Translations under genes and position numbers: made by a program
Source: Phoronis australis
Lineage: Eukaryota > Animalia > Phoronida
Length of the DNA: 64,000 bases
Assembly: GCA_002633005.1 (NCBI GenBank)
Contig: NMRA01000003.1
Location: forward strand, 1,029,452 to 1,093,451
Reading direction: 5' to 3'
Notes under the pieces: model-generated
Seen by the model: only the letters and a program-made list of their open reading frames with translations
Database searches by the model: none
Told to the model about the DNA's origin: nothing
Part shown: piece after piece, positions 1 through 12,102 of the stretch
Position numbering within the stretch: position 1 is the first letter of the stretch
How the letters are laid out: every line of letters begins with the position of its first letter

Positions 1-35
1 CCTCCTGAGAAAACTGTTGTGAATGATTCATTAGC
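1..35 (-). CDS. WDR48: WDR48 coding exon 7 (partial, runs off the window)
   Basis: Acceptor ttattgtag then ANESFTTVFSGG, continuing the WDR48 WD40 sequence. Confidence 0.85.
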
Positions 36-300
36 CTACAATAAACAGAAACTGTCTTAGCACAGTAGGTGGGAACTCAAAACGGTGGAACAAAAATAAA
101 TAACACATGAATTACTGTAAATAATGGACAGTCAGCACAATAAGTTTTTTTCATTAAATTTTAATTATTAAATGTCTTTCAAGAATCTCAGGATATCTGT
201 TAAGATATATGGTACCAATGCATTTTCTCCTCAAGACACAAGTCAATAAATGAATCATGCACAACACAGGTAGTACATTGTCTATTACCACATGACTTAC

Positions 301-405
301 CTTTAATGTCCAGACTCCCTCATCATGAATTCTCATTGTACATATGCACCTTTGTTGACCAAGTGACCATAACCTTATTGTGCCATCTGAGCTGCCTGAT
401 AAACA
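301..405 (-). CDS. WDR48: WDR48 coding exon 6
   Basis: [35 protein letters not shown]; AG/GT bounded, 105 nt. Confidence 0.95.
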
Positions 406-908
406 CTGAAATTATACCCAGCTCATTCATGACGTGTCAAGTCATTTTTCAGTAAAATAACGGTGGGCGTGGCCCACAAGGTGTCATCAGTGACACCAGA
501 GACGGACAGACCAGCAATCATGAGTTGATGTTTGGAGGTTAGTACTAAATGTCAGATATATTTGCATTTTGTGCAGTTTTTTACAGAGAGCATCAAGTTC
601 TAATAAAAAATTACAATGAAGCTTCAACAGCATTATTTTTAAAAACCAGGATCAAACAGTACTGCTCATTTTACTTTGAAATGTAAGACAAAAGCCGAGA
701 TTTTTCCTGAGGAAAACCCAAACCCCCCAAAATTTCAGTAATATTATGTATAGTACATAGGCAGATGCTGTGGGGGGAAGGAGCCTAGCCCCTTAGGCCA
801 TTTTGCTAGCATTTGTCTTTTGACAATTGTGGTTGGGCCACATCCTAGCCCGGCCAATGCTTTAACTACACAAATCAATAAACCAATAGAAGGACCCAAA
901 AAGCATAC

Positions 909-1099
909 CTGAGTACCATCCTTGTTTAAAACAATAGCACGGACATTATCTGTATGACCTTTTAGTTTCATTAACTTCTGACATGTCCTGGGATCCCAGA
1001 CTCGTAAAACTTTTTCTGTTGATCCAGACACTATGACAGTACCCGGCTGATTCATTGCTAGGCTATAGATGGAGTCTTTATTACCGTTGAGAGAGGAAG
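909..1099 (-). CDS. WDR48: WDR48 coding exon 5
   Basis: [63 protein letters not shown]; phase consistent. Confidence 0.95.
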
Positions 1100-1746
1100 C
1101 TGTGGAAAAACAAGAACACACAGACGTCAAGCAAAGGATTACAAATTACCACATTTCTATAATATGCTAAAAGGCAGCCACGGTGTCTCATGATGCATAT
1201 CAACTTCATATGGCTACACAGTTATTTTACCTCAGTCACACCGAATGACTACCGACAGTTGACACCACCTCTACTGTTTGACTTTCATTTTATTCTCCAT
1301 GTCGTTTGACAACAAGCAATGCTGCCTCTTTTTGCACTATGTATACTGCAAGACACGCATGTATACCACCTTCAAGCCTTCCATAACTATAATGGTGTGG
1401 AAAGAAATTGCTTGCATGACCACAAATTTGTGGCATATTTCTAAACTAACAGCAATGGCTCAGTTCTACACTCTGTTCAGATTTATAACTTTCAACCTAT
1501 AAAGCGAACAATATAACAAAATGATGGTTATAAAGCTAAACAGTCAAATATGTGTTACACATGCCCAAAAGGACATTTTTTGTTTGAGCTGTCATTCATT
1601 ACTTTATTTTAATTTTATGACATAAAATCAAACAACCTTTAGTTCTTTTCGAAACACGAGGGACAGCCAAATTAAACTTTTTAGCTGAAACATTGTCCGT
1701 TGTCAGTGTCTCAATAACCGCTTTGCAAGTGCAATGTAATATGATT

Positions 1747-3743
1747 ACAAGAGCAACGCGGAGCGTTGAAATGCGCCCACAATTGCACCGCATACGGTAT
1801 CCTTCTAGGGTTGTTTGTTGGTACCATAAAGTGGCCAGTAGAGGGCATACTTTGCAAAATGGAAAGGCATGGTCATTGTCTCCTCAATAGGCTAGGGGCA
1901 AAATGTGAGTAATCTTCATAATACAAGCACATCCTATACACCAGTTGCTTAAAGCACCACAGAAACATAGAATTAAAAACAAATTTACCAACATACGAGA
2001 TTAGCACAGCATTAGAATGCCAGAAACAAATTTCTACTTGGAACTTTTCCTTCACAGTCACGAAGTAACACAAAGTATACACCTGAAGACCTATGAAAAT
2101 ACAGAGGTCAATGTAAAATACTAAAATTGCCACTAGAGGCAAATACTAAAATTGCCACTAGAGGCATACCGGTAATCAGAATCATCCTAAAGTCGTCATC
2201 GTCCGTTGTCAACATCACATAAATACACTTGCTAAATTTAGTAAAGATCCTGCGAACGGTTTGGGAGATACAGCCATGGGCGCAAAAAAACAAAACTGCC
2301 ACTAGGAGGCGCCACAGTAGTCCAAATCGTCTGAAAATCATTGTCAGCTGTCTTCCTTATAGTAAGCACATACACGCCAATTTTCACAATCATCCTTTGA
2401 GCGGTTTGGTTGATAGAGGGGTGGACGCAAAAATACAGACTCGAAAACAGTAAAAATGGCCACTAGGTGGCGCAAACTACGTCGAATCCATCTGAAAACA
2501 GTAGGATAGCGTCATCTCACTAATAGGTGCCTACATACCAAATTTCATGAAAATCCGTTCAATACTTTTGAAGATACAAAGGTAAGCGTAAAAAACTAAA
2601 ATTGCCACTAGGGGGCACACCGGTAGTCGGATCCGACCAAAAGTCGTCATCTTCCGTTGTTAACATCATATAAATATACTTACACAATTTGTAAAGATCC
2701 TGCGAACGGTTTAGGAGATACAGCCATAGGCGCAAAAAAACAAAACTGCCACTAGGAGGCGCCACAGTAGTCGAAATCGTCGGAAAATCATCGTCAACCA
2801 TCCTCTACATAGTAAGCATATACATGCCAATTTTCACAATCATCCTTTGAGCGGTTTGGTTGATAGAGGGGTGGACGCACAAAAACAGACTCGAAAACAC
2901 TAAAAATGGCCACTAGGTGGCGCAAACTATGTCGAATCCATCTGAAAACGGGAGGATAGCGTCATCTCACTAATAGGTGCCTACATACCAAATTTCATGA
3001 AAATCCAATAAGGACTTGTGAAGATACAAAGGTAAGCGTAAAAAAATTAAAATTGCCACTAGGGGGCACACCGGTAGTCGGATCCGTCCAAAAGTCGTCA
3101 TCTTCCGTTGTTAACATCATATAAATATACTTACACAATTTCGTAAAGATCCTGCGAACGGTTTAGGAGATACAGCCATAGGCGCAAAAAAAAAAAACTG
3201 CCACTAGGAGGCGCCACAGTAGTCGAAATCGTCGGAAAATCATCGTCAACCGTCCTCTACATAGTAAGCACATACATGCCAATTTTCACAATCATCCTTT
3301 GAGCGGTTTGGTTGATAGAGGGGTGGAAGCACAAAAACAGACTCGAAAACAGTAAAAATGGCCACTAGGTGGCGCAAACTATGTCGAATCCATCCGAAAA
3401 CGGCAGGATAGCGTCATCTCACTACTAGGTGCCTACATACCAAATTTCATGAAAATCCGTTCAGGACTTTTGAAGATACAAAGGTAAGCGTAAAAAACTA
3501 AAATTGCCACTAGGGGGCACACCGGTAGTCGGATCCGTCCGAAAGTTCGCACATGCCGTCCCATTCATGAATGGAACATATGTGCCAAATTTCATGAACG
3601 TATGTCAAAGGGTTTTGGAGATAGAGCAGCAGACGCCGGACGCCAGACGCCGGACGCCGGACGGACGCCGCCCGGACGGACGGACGGACGGACAGAGATG
3701 ACGGCATAATGCGTCCACATATAAATATGTGGGCGCATAAAAA
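1747..3743 (-). mobile_element. Helentron-associated non-autonomous element (HINE/DINE-1-like), copy 1, with internal ~450-bp tandem array
   Basis: Read on minus: T-run, subTIR ATGCGCCCAC with 5' stem-loop, (GTCC)n microsatellite, central tandem repeats, 3' subTIR GTGGGCGCAT, 3' hairpin CAACGCTCCGCGTTG, terminal CTCTTGT. This is the known DINE-1/HINE layout. Confidence 0.8.
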
Positions 3744-3778
3744 TGAAAGACGAATACTCAAGCAATATTGAATCATCA

Positions 3779-4138
<360 letters not shown>

Positions 4139-5136
4139 CTAAATATATGGTGATTATTCCAAAAATAGCAAAAATTGCCATTTTTCAGCTTAATACCTTA
4201 CTGAAAATACTAAAATATGCTTTAACAAAATTATTTGCTGTTTTATGACATCTACACATCAGAAACCAAGATGACAAGAATTTTCTTAGTCTAAGCTTTT
4301 GAGGAATAAATTGACAAAATAAAACTTCCCTTGTCCATCATACTGGATATTAAACAGGTGAAATGAGTGAAGAATTGCAGTAATTATTCACCACTCATGT
4401 ATTAATTGCATTATGTATCAGCAGGATCTCTTATCCAAAAATTCAGTAAACCGTTGAATACATATCTCCAAATGACAAAAGAAACACAAAAAAGCCATAC
4501 CAATATAATAAGTTAGACAGTCAACCTTCAAGCTGCAATAAACCCGCCTCCTATCACAAAAACTGACTTCTGACTTGGACTAATTATCCTTATGAAATTA
4601 GTCTCAAATTGTTCCGTAGTTGAACTAGTGACATCAGGTCTTGGAAAAGATATGATACTACATATGCTCTTGATCAAACTCTTCACATTGAGTCATCACT
4701 GCACGTCATTTTATCCGTCAAACATGGTTGGATCAACAATCTTTCTATGCCCACTTCTCATCTCATTTAGGAACAAGTTGAGATCAGCTTTATAGTCGCG
4801 GCAAATGGTCTAAAACAAAAGTTGACTTAACGATACCCAACAGCCACAGGCTTTATTTTTAGAATAACTTCATCTAGCCTAATTCCTGACATCCTTGTTT
4901 TGTACATTTCTTATGTACCTAATATTTAACCTTCTGAAGTGCTTTATTATGGAGGTCTGAAAATCTGAAAGTTCAAAGTAAACTCAAATCAACTTTGCGA
5001 CAGTTTAGCCGTCAATAATACAGTCTGTGAGCTTTATCTTGGATGTAGCAGTTTTGTAACACTAAAAGGGCAGCTCTATGACACACTTTGTACAATGTAA
5101 TGTCAATACAAATGTAATGTCAAAACAAATCAAATT

Positions 5137-5688
5137 CAATCACATTGCTAACTTATTAACATCTGTGTTGCTTGAGGTTAGCTATCTCAAGACCTTTCAA
5201 TCACATTGCTAACTTATTAACATGTGTGTTGCTTGAGGTTAGCTATCTCAAGACCTTTCAATCACATTGCTAACTTATTAACATGTGGGTTGCTTAAGGT
5301 TAGCTATCTCAAGACTTTTCAATCACATTGCTAACTTACTAACATGTGTGTTGCTTAAGGTTAGCTATCTCAAGACCTTTCAATCACATTGCTAACATGC
5401 TAACATCTGTGTTGCTTAAGGTTAGCTATCTCAAGACTTTTCAATCACATTGCTAACTTACTAACATGTGTGTTGCTTAAGGTTAGCTATCTCAAGACTT
5501 TTCAATCACATTGCTAATTTACTAACATGTGTGTTGCTTAAGGTTAGCTATCTCAAGACCTTTCAATCACATTGCTAACATGCTAACATCTGTGTTGCTT
5601 AAGGTTAGCTATCTCAAGACTTTTCAATCACATTGCTAACTTACTAACATGTGTGTTGCTTACGGTTAGCTGTCTCAAAACCTTTCAA
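5137..5688. repeat. 61-bp minisatellite, about 9 copies
   Basis: Unit caatcacattgctaactta...cttgaggttagctatctcaagacctttc recurs at 5137, 5198, 5259 and onward. Confidence 0.95.
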
Positions 5689-5993
5689 AACCATGCCTAT
5701 AAAACTTACCCTTGCTAGTAAACAAGATGACTGCAGGGTGACTACACAAAAACAATATTGAGTATTCGAGAATTCAATCAATTTGTGGGCTAATCTCCTC
5801 TATAATTTTTGTCCCTTATGGTGGTAGACATTAGTGGAAATGCATTCCGCAGTATTTTTGTACGTCACAGAAGGTAAAGTGTTATGGAAATGGTAATAAA
5901 ATTTCATTTCAGACGGTGAAAAATGGAAAATGACAATTTTGGTAGTTGCCTTTATTGGAATTTGAAGAAACGTTACCGAAATGCCTGACTTAC

Positions 5994-6069
5994 GTGTCCT
6001 GCCACCACAGCAGAGTACTATATCATTCACCCAGTCTGTGTGGTGTTCCATTGAGGCAATGTAAGAATC
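5994..6069 (-). CDS. WDR48: WDR48 coding exon 3
   Basis: [25 protein letters not shown]; 76 nt, cag/gtaagt. Confidence 0.95.
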
Positions 6070-6136
6070 CTGTGGAACAAAGACATCACTACTAATGTAA
6101 TCAATACAGGTGAGCGAAAGAAATAAACATAAGATG

Positions 6137-6676
6137 NNNNNNNNNNNNNNNNNNNNNNNNNNNNNNNNNNNNNNNNNNNNNNNNNNNNNNNNNNNNNNNN
6201 NNNNNNNNNNNNNNNNNNNNNNNNNNNNNNNNNNNNNNNNNNNNNNNNNNNNNNNNNNNNNNNNNNNNNNNNNNNNNNNNNNNNNNNNNNNNNNNNNNNN
6301 NNNNNNNNNNNNNNNNNNNNNNNNNNNNNNNNNNNNNNNNNNNNNNNNNNNNNNNNNNNNNNNNNNNNNNNNNNNNNNNNNNNNNNNNNNNNNNNNNNNN
6401 NNNNNNNNNNNNNNNNNNNNNNNNNNNNNNNNNNNNNNNNNNNNNNNNNNNNNNNNNNNNNNNNNNNNNNNNNNNNNNNNNNNNNNNNNNNNNNNNNNNN
6501 NNNNNNNNNNNNNNNNNNNNNNNNNNNNNNNNNNNNNNNNNNNNNNNNNNNNNNNNNNNNNNNNNNNNNNNNNNNNNNNNNNNNNNNNNNNNNNNNNNNN
6601 NNNNNNNNNNNNNNNNNNNNNNNNNNNNNNNNNNNNNNNNNNNNNNNNNNNNNNNNNNNNNNNNNNNNNNNNNNNN
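6137..6676. other. assembly gap (540 N)
   Basis: Run of N. Confidence 1.
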
Positions 6677-7013
6677 AAATAAAAACAAAGGATGCAGATT
6701 TTTAGACCATCTATTGTAACAAGTATGAAAAATGAGCACTACTACACAATAATGAGTGAATTGAAATTCTTGTGAGGATGTGATGAGCAAAATGGAAGTC
6801 AAGTTTAAGTATTTTAAGTGTTCATTTTTAACAAGAAAACTTGTAAACAGAAACACAATATTATCACATAAAGAACGCATTTTCATAGTAAAATTTTATG
6901 AAGTTCCACAACCAATTCATTTCAGGTCTGAGATATTCCATGAGAACCAGTAATCTCTTGATTAAAAAAAGTAAAATGCTTTTTACGCTTCATAAAAATA
7001 GTCAAGATAGTAA

Positions 7014-8346
7014 ACAAGAGTAACGCGGAGCGTTGAAATGCGCTCACAAATGCATCGCAAATGGTGTGCTTTTAGGGGGTTTTATTTATATCATCGAAAT
7101 GGCCATTAGATGGCACAAAATATGTCGAATTCGTCTGAAAACCAGAAAATGTCACCATTTCTTTAAAAGAAAGCCATTTACCAAATTTCCCTAAAATTCG
7201 TTGAGGAACTTCAGAGAAACAGAGGAAAACGAAAAAAAAAAAATGAAACTGCCACTGGGGGGGGGGCACAGTGTTCGTCGGATCCGTCTAAGTCATCGTC
7301 TCCTCTTGTTAACTTCATATAAATACACGTGTTAAATTTAATAAAGATCCTGCAGAGGGCTTAGGAGATACAGGTACGGGTGCACCCACCACTAGGAGGC
7401 ACCACAGTACTTGAAGTCATCGGAAAATCATCATCAACTGTCCCCTTCATAGAAAGAACATACATGCCAACTTTCACAACCATCCTTAGAGTGGTTTGGT
7501 TGGCAGAGGGACGGACACCAAAAACCAGACTCAAAAACAACAAAAATGGAACAAAAATGGCCACTAGGTGGCGCAAACTACGAATCCATACGAAAACAAG
7601 AGGATAGTGTTATCTCACTAATAGATGTCTATATGCCAAATTTTATGGAAATCCATTAAGGACCTTTGAAGATAGAGAGGTAAACATAAAAAACTGCCAC
7701 TAGGGGACACACAGGTACACCGATCTGTTCAAAAGTTGTCGTCGTCCGTTGTCAACTTGATATAAATACATTTGCTAAATTTGATAAAGATCCTGTAGAA
7801 CGCTTAGGAGATACAGCCATGGGCGCAAAAACAAACAATAATGCCACTAGGAAGCGCCATTGTAGTCGAAGTCGTCGGAAAATCATCGTCATTTGTCTTC
7901 CTCATAGTAAGTACACACATGCCAATTTTTGCAAACATCCTCAAAGTGGTTTGGATGTTAGAGGGGCGGACGCCAAAAAACGACTCGAAAACAGTAAAAA
8001 CGGCCACTAGATGGTGCAAAATGCCTCGAATCCATCCGAAAACAAGAGGGTAGTGTCAACTCATTAAAAGATTTCTATGTGCCAAATTTCATAAAAATCG
8101 GTTGAGGACCTTTCAAGATACAGAGGCAAACGTAAAAGCTAAACTTGCCACTAGGGGGCACAGTGGTATTCGGGTCGGTCCGAAACTCGTTGCCCTCTGT
8201 CGTCAACCCCATAGGAACACACTTGCCAAATTTCAATAAGATCCTGCAAGGGGTTTAGGAGAAACAGCCGTGGACGGCGGACGGCGGACGTCAGACAGAG
8301 ATGACGGCAATATGCAACCACATATGTATATGTGGGCGCATAAAAA
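7014..8346 (-). mobile_element. HINE/DINE-1-like element, copy 2
   Basis: Same termini as 1747-3743 (acaagag.aacgcggagcgttgaaatgcgc ... atatgtgggcgcataaaaa) with fewer, more diverged internal units. Confidence 0.8.
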
Positions 8347-8792
8347 CGTGTAAATAACCCAATGAGCAGCTGTTGATTTTAATATTTGAAACCAAAACAA
8401 AACAATAAATGACAATATTGCAGTACATACAGTTCTGAATAGACTTCTTTTTCTGAAACACTGAAAGAAAGTCACATTCATGCCATCCATTTCAACGACA
8501 CACAGTCAGTTGACACACAGCCAGTTGACCCAAAGAGCATAACTTTGAGAAATCCTAGTTTACCGATTGTTCAAAATAAATCAACAGAGATATATTTCGA
8601 ATAAATGGTGAAGACTAAAATAGAGCCAGAACAAATTGGTACAATGCACTAGTGTCAAGAAAAAAATCAGTTTTGAGTGATTTTAGTGACAACAATTCCA
8701 GAGCACAGTGTTTGGGCGAGAAATGAAAAGGTGGAATGAACAGATAGACACTTTAGAATAACCGAGATAACTGATCATCCGACTTTGCTTAC

Positions 8793-8933
8793 CTTTGAGT
8801 TTCTTGTGTTCCATATTCTGACAATGGAATCTCTGCCAGCTGAGTAAAGTCTATTTAACTGGGGATCAAACTTCAAAGAATTTACCCCAGATCTGTGATA
8901 CCTTTCAACTTCATCGCGAATCACGTAGGAGAC
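8793..8933 (-). CDS. WDR48: WDR48 coding exon 2
   Basis: [47 protein letters not shown]; 141 nt, phase 0/0. Confidence 0.95.
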
Positions 8934-9675
8934 CTCAAAATAAAATGCGGCATAAAAAGTGAATATTGACAAATACCATTACAACATCAAGTGGAAAGGA
9001 TAGGAAACCATGAACAAGTCTCCTCACATTACTGATCTCATCAGATTTATGATTGATTCCTCATGAAACAGGAGAAATGAACAGGCTCTTGAAGATGACA
9101 CAGGGTCTTTGAGATAACTCCATTGTCTGAAACAGGTAATCACTCAATTGTATCAGCAAAGACATTGTCTAATGACAGAGACATACCTTAAGATAGTGAA
9201 TTGTAAGGTAGTAACCCTCTTGTATACACAAGATTTGTTGAATACACGACAGGGATGTTGGAATCTGTGAGTCATACTTTTTGGGTAGGTAAACCATGTT
9301 TTGCGAGCGTGTGCACGTGTGAACTGAATCCCTAAGCAATGTTCATATGTGAGTACCTATGTTCGTAGTTACCTGAGCCGCTTTGTTCATGTAGCCTGAA
9401 CATACGTCACCATGAAAGTTTGCAAAAATCAAGACGAGTTGACCGATAAAGATAGATATATTAAGCACTTTATAAAACTTCACTTCACTAATGAAAAACA
9501 TTTAACAGAAAAATAGACTTGTGCACACGCTTTAAAACATCGAAAACTTAGACGAGCAGGACAGATCAGCAACCATGAAACCTGGATAAAGATTTGGATG
9601 TCCTCATCATTTAATGTGTTCCATAGCTTGGCAGTTTAGTGTGAAAAGTTGCTAACCGTAAGTTCACTTGTGTAG

Positions 9676-9778
9676 AAAATCTACCCTCCCACGGCCAGTA
9701 TCAAATCCTAGCCGCTGGTGTGCAAATCAAGTGTCCAAATCGATCCGCAATTGCTTACTGGAAATAAGCAATTTAGAT
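9676..9778. repeat. dispersed SINE-like repeat fragment
   Basis: Similar segments at about 10300-10420, 29936-30030 and 30315-30410; they contain an antisense B-box-like tatcgaaccc. Confidence 0.4.
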
Positions 9779-10444
9779 GGTCACAACTAGAACCAGAAAC
9801 ACTCCTCATGATCGCGCAAACCAGAGGGGGCCTCTCCCTATCGTGGATCTCACTGTTGTGAATTTTAGGTTCCGGGTGTGATGTTCCCGAATCCGTCATA
9901 TAGAGCCTCTGGAAATCGTTTGCCAAATGGCAATTACCTCATTTTGGAGGTTATCTCTCTGTTTCTCTCATTCTCACTCCCGTCGTGAATTTTTCTACAT
10001 TGGCACCAACAACGGTAGAACCCACTAGCTGGAGGGGAACACAAAAAACACAATAGGGTGTTGCGCAACCCCCAAACTATCCCCCATAAAGCAGGGCTCC
10101 CCTACACGATCGAGAGGATTGTTATAAGTTCCCAGTGTGAGATACCAGTACCATCATATAGGGCCTCTCTAAATTTGCTGCTTGCCAAATAGCAATTGTC
10201 TCCTGGCCGAACACTCTGGATGGTCGACTCTCACGTTGGCACTTCAAGTCCAATACATAGGACCCGCCATTGACATGTGGATTAATCTACATCTCACCTT
10301 GTAGAAAAATCCACACGTACGCGAGTGTTATCAAACTCAGCCAGCTGGCTAAGTAGAACAGGTCAAAAATTCAAATCGATCAGCCAAATAGACAACTGCC
10401 TTTTGACAAGCGATTTAAGGAGGAATTTTATATGAGCATTTGAC

Positions 10445-10563
10445 TGTGTAATAGTCAGATAGGCGAGTCCTTGATTTAAAATTGATTTGAGAACCAGTTA
10501 CTCTATTATTCACTGGCAGTAACTGATCTCAAATCAGGGACCCATTTATCTGACTGTTACATT
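10445..10563. mobile_element. short palindromic MITE (family also at about 25478-25545 and 62910-62988)
   Basis: Inverted arms ttgagaaccagtt ... aactgatctcaa; the same core occurs three times in the window. Confidence 0.55.
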
Positions 10564-10654
10564 TGACTTCAAGTCACACTTGAAATCGGAAAAATTAAAT
10601 TCAAATACAAATCCATGGCCGTATATATCGGAATGATTTTGTCTAACTCATGGT

Positions 10655-11509
10655 TAGACAGGGACCACCGTCCTACGTGCCAGTAGGCACGTAGGACGGT
10701 GGAGCTCCTGTAAGCGCTTCATACACCAGAAGCTTTTCAGCAAATTATGCCTTGCACTGACTAAAACATCAAAGTCACATTGTTATAAATACCTTTTGCT
10801 CGCAAAGGAACACCTTAGGACGCCATCGAAGTATGTTATTCCTTCCTACTCGGAACAAATACTCCCGTTATCAAACTTTTTCTTTGAGCAGTCCATCGTT
10901 CAGTTCCCAAAATCGGTAACTCACCATTTTTAACACTGCATGCCAGATAGCACAACGTCATATCCCCTGGTGTTAAAAATTGTGAGTTACCGATTTTGGG
11001 ACTTGAACAAAGGACTGCTCGAAGTAAAAGTTTGATAACGGGAGAATTTGTCAGAGTTAGAAGGAATTAAATACATTGGCGGCCTCCTAAGGTGTCTATG
11101 CCCAGAAGGTATTTACTGTATAACAGCATAACATTTGTTGTGAATGTTGGTTTGTGTGGTCTCGTCTTTCGTGTTGTCTCGTGTGTTCGTGTTCGTCCGT
11201 GGGTTTCCGTCGGTGGCCGGATGTTGTAAAGTTCTAGTATTGTCACGTGACTGGGGAATCGAGAGCTCTGTTCGTGTGGCTCTGCTGCACGCAGGACGTC
11301 TGCGTTTGTGGATCGTCATCTCAAGCGTGTATTCAAGCTTTCATATGAGTAAAGGTAAGCTGCACAAGAACCTGCGTATCAAGTCACAACACATTGATGT
11401 TTAAGTCAGTGCACGGCATAATTTGCCGAAAATCTTCCAGCGTATGAAACGCCTATAGGAGCTTCGCTGTCTCTACAGTGGAGCCATTAGAGACAGTGGT
11501 CACTGTCTA
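10655..11509. mobile_element. foldback/MITE with nested palindrome and 9-bp TSD (Mutator-like)
   Basis: TIR TAGACAGGGACC / GGTCACTGTCTA; flanks actcatggt / gctcatggt; internal inverted arms and a ~340-bp palindrome at 10781-11125. Confidence 0.65.
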
Positions 11510-11918
11510 GCTCATGGTATGGTTTTACACACAGGTTTTATGGCTTTTAAGTTTTATGCCGCACTATTTAAACTAAATCTTTGGAGAAAGGAATGAATTT
11601 GACACCATACTTCACACTTGGCCTTTAAAGTGCCAAGTAATAGATGCACAAACACAATTCTTCAGCAAAAACAAGTGACTTAAAGGAACAGGCATAGGAC
11701 CAAGGTAAAGGCTACGTGGGCTAACGAAGAGTAAATACATACTGAATCGATTTCAAGTGAACGACGTCTGCACTGCACTTCACTTCATTCTGCAGTGTTG
11801 CGACAGGAATTTTCAAGTTCAGTTTTTGTATGAATGCATCAAATGTGCAAATTTTCTTTTTAAAAAATTCCATGTACACTGTAATGACGACAACACCCGA
11901 GCTGCAATTAATTATTAC

Positions 11919-11966
11919 CTGAACTTTGCGTCTCCCTGTCCCACTCATCTGTCTGTTGTGAGACAT
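11919..11966 (-). CDS. WDR48: WDR48 (WD repeat-containing protein 48/UAF1) first coding exon
   Basis: MSHNRQMSGTGRRKVQ then GTAAT donor; resembles the WDR48 N-terminus (GRRKVQ|[10 protein letters not shown]). Confidence 0.9.
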
Positions 11967-12102
11967 TTCTTGTGCATATGAGTAATACGTCATCAAAATA
12001 CGTGTTTTGCTAAACTAGTTCATCATTTCGACAATAGGAGCTCATGCTGTATGCTGTCGAACTCTCTTTGTGAAACAAAAACAGAGCTCCAATCGAAGTC
12101 AG
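11967..12102. promoter_or_regulatory. probable bidirectional promoter between WDR48 and an unknown plus-strand gene
   Basis: WDR48 ATG at 11966 on minus; a consensus donor CAG|GTAAGT on plus at 12102/12103, only about 135 bp away. Confidence 0.45.

Noticed and set aside
2100-3545. Regularly spaced conserved motif resembling a CRISPR array
   Set aside because: The intervening sequences repeat every third unit instead of being unique, there are no cas genes, and the context is a eukaryotic intron.
6101-6886. 261-aa and 190-aa ORFs
   Set aside because: Artefacts of translating the N gap.
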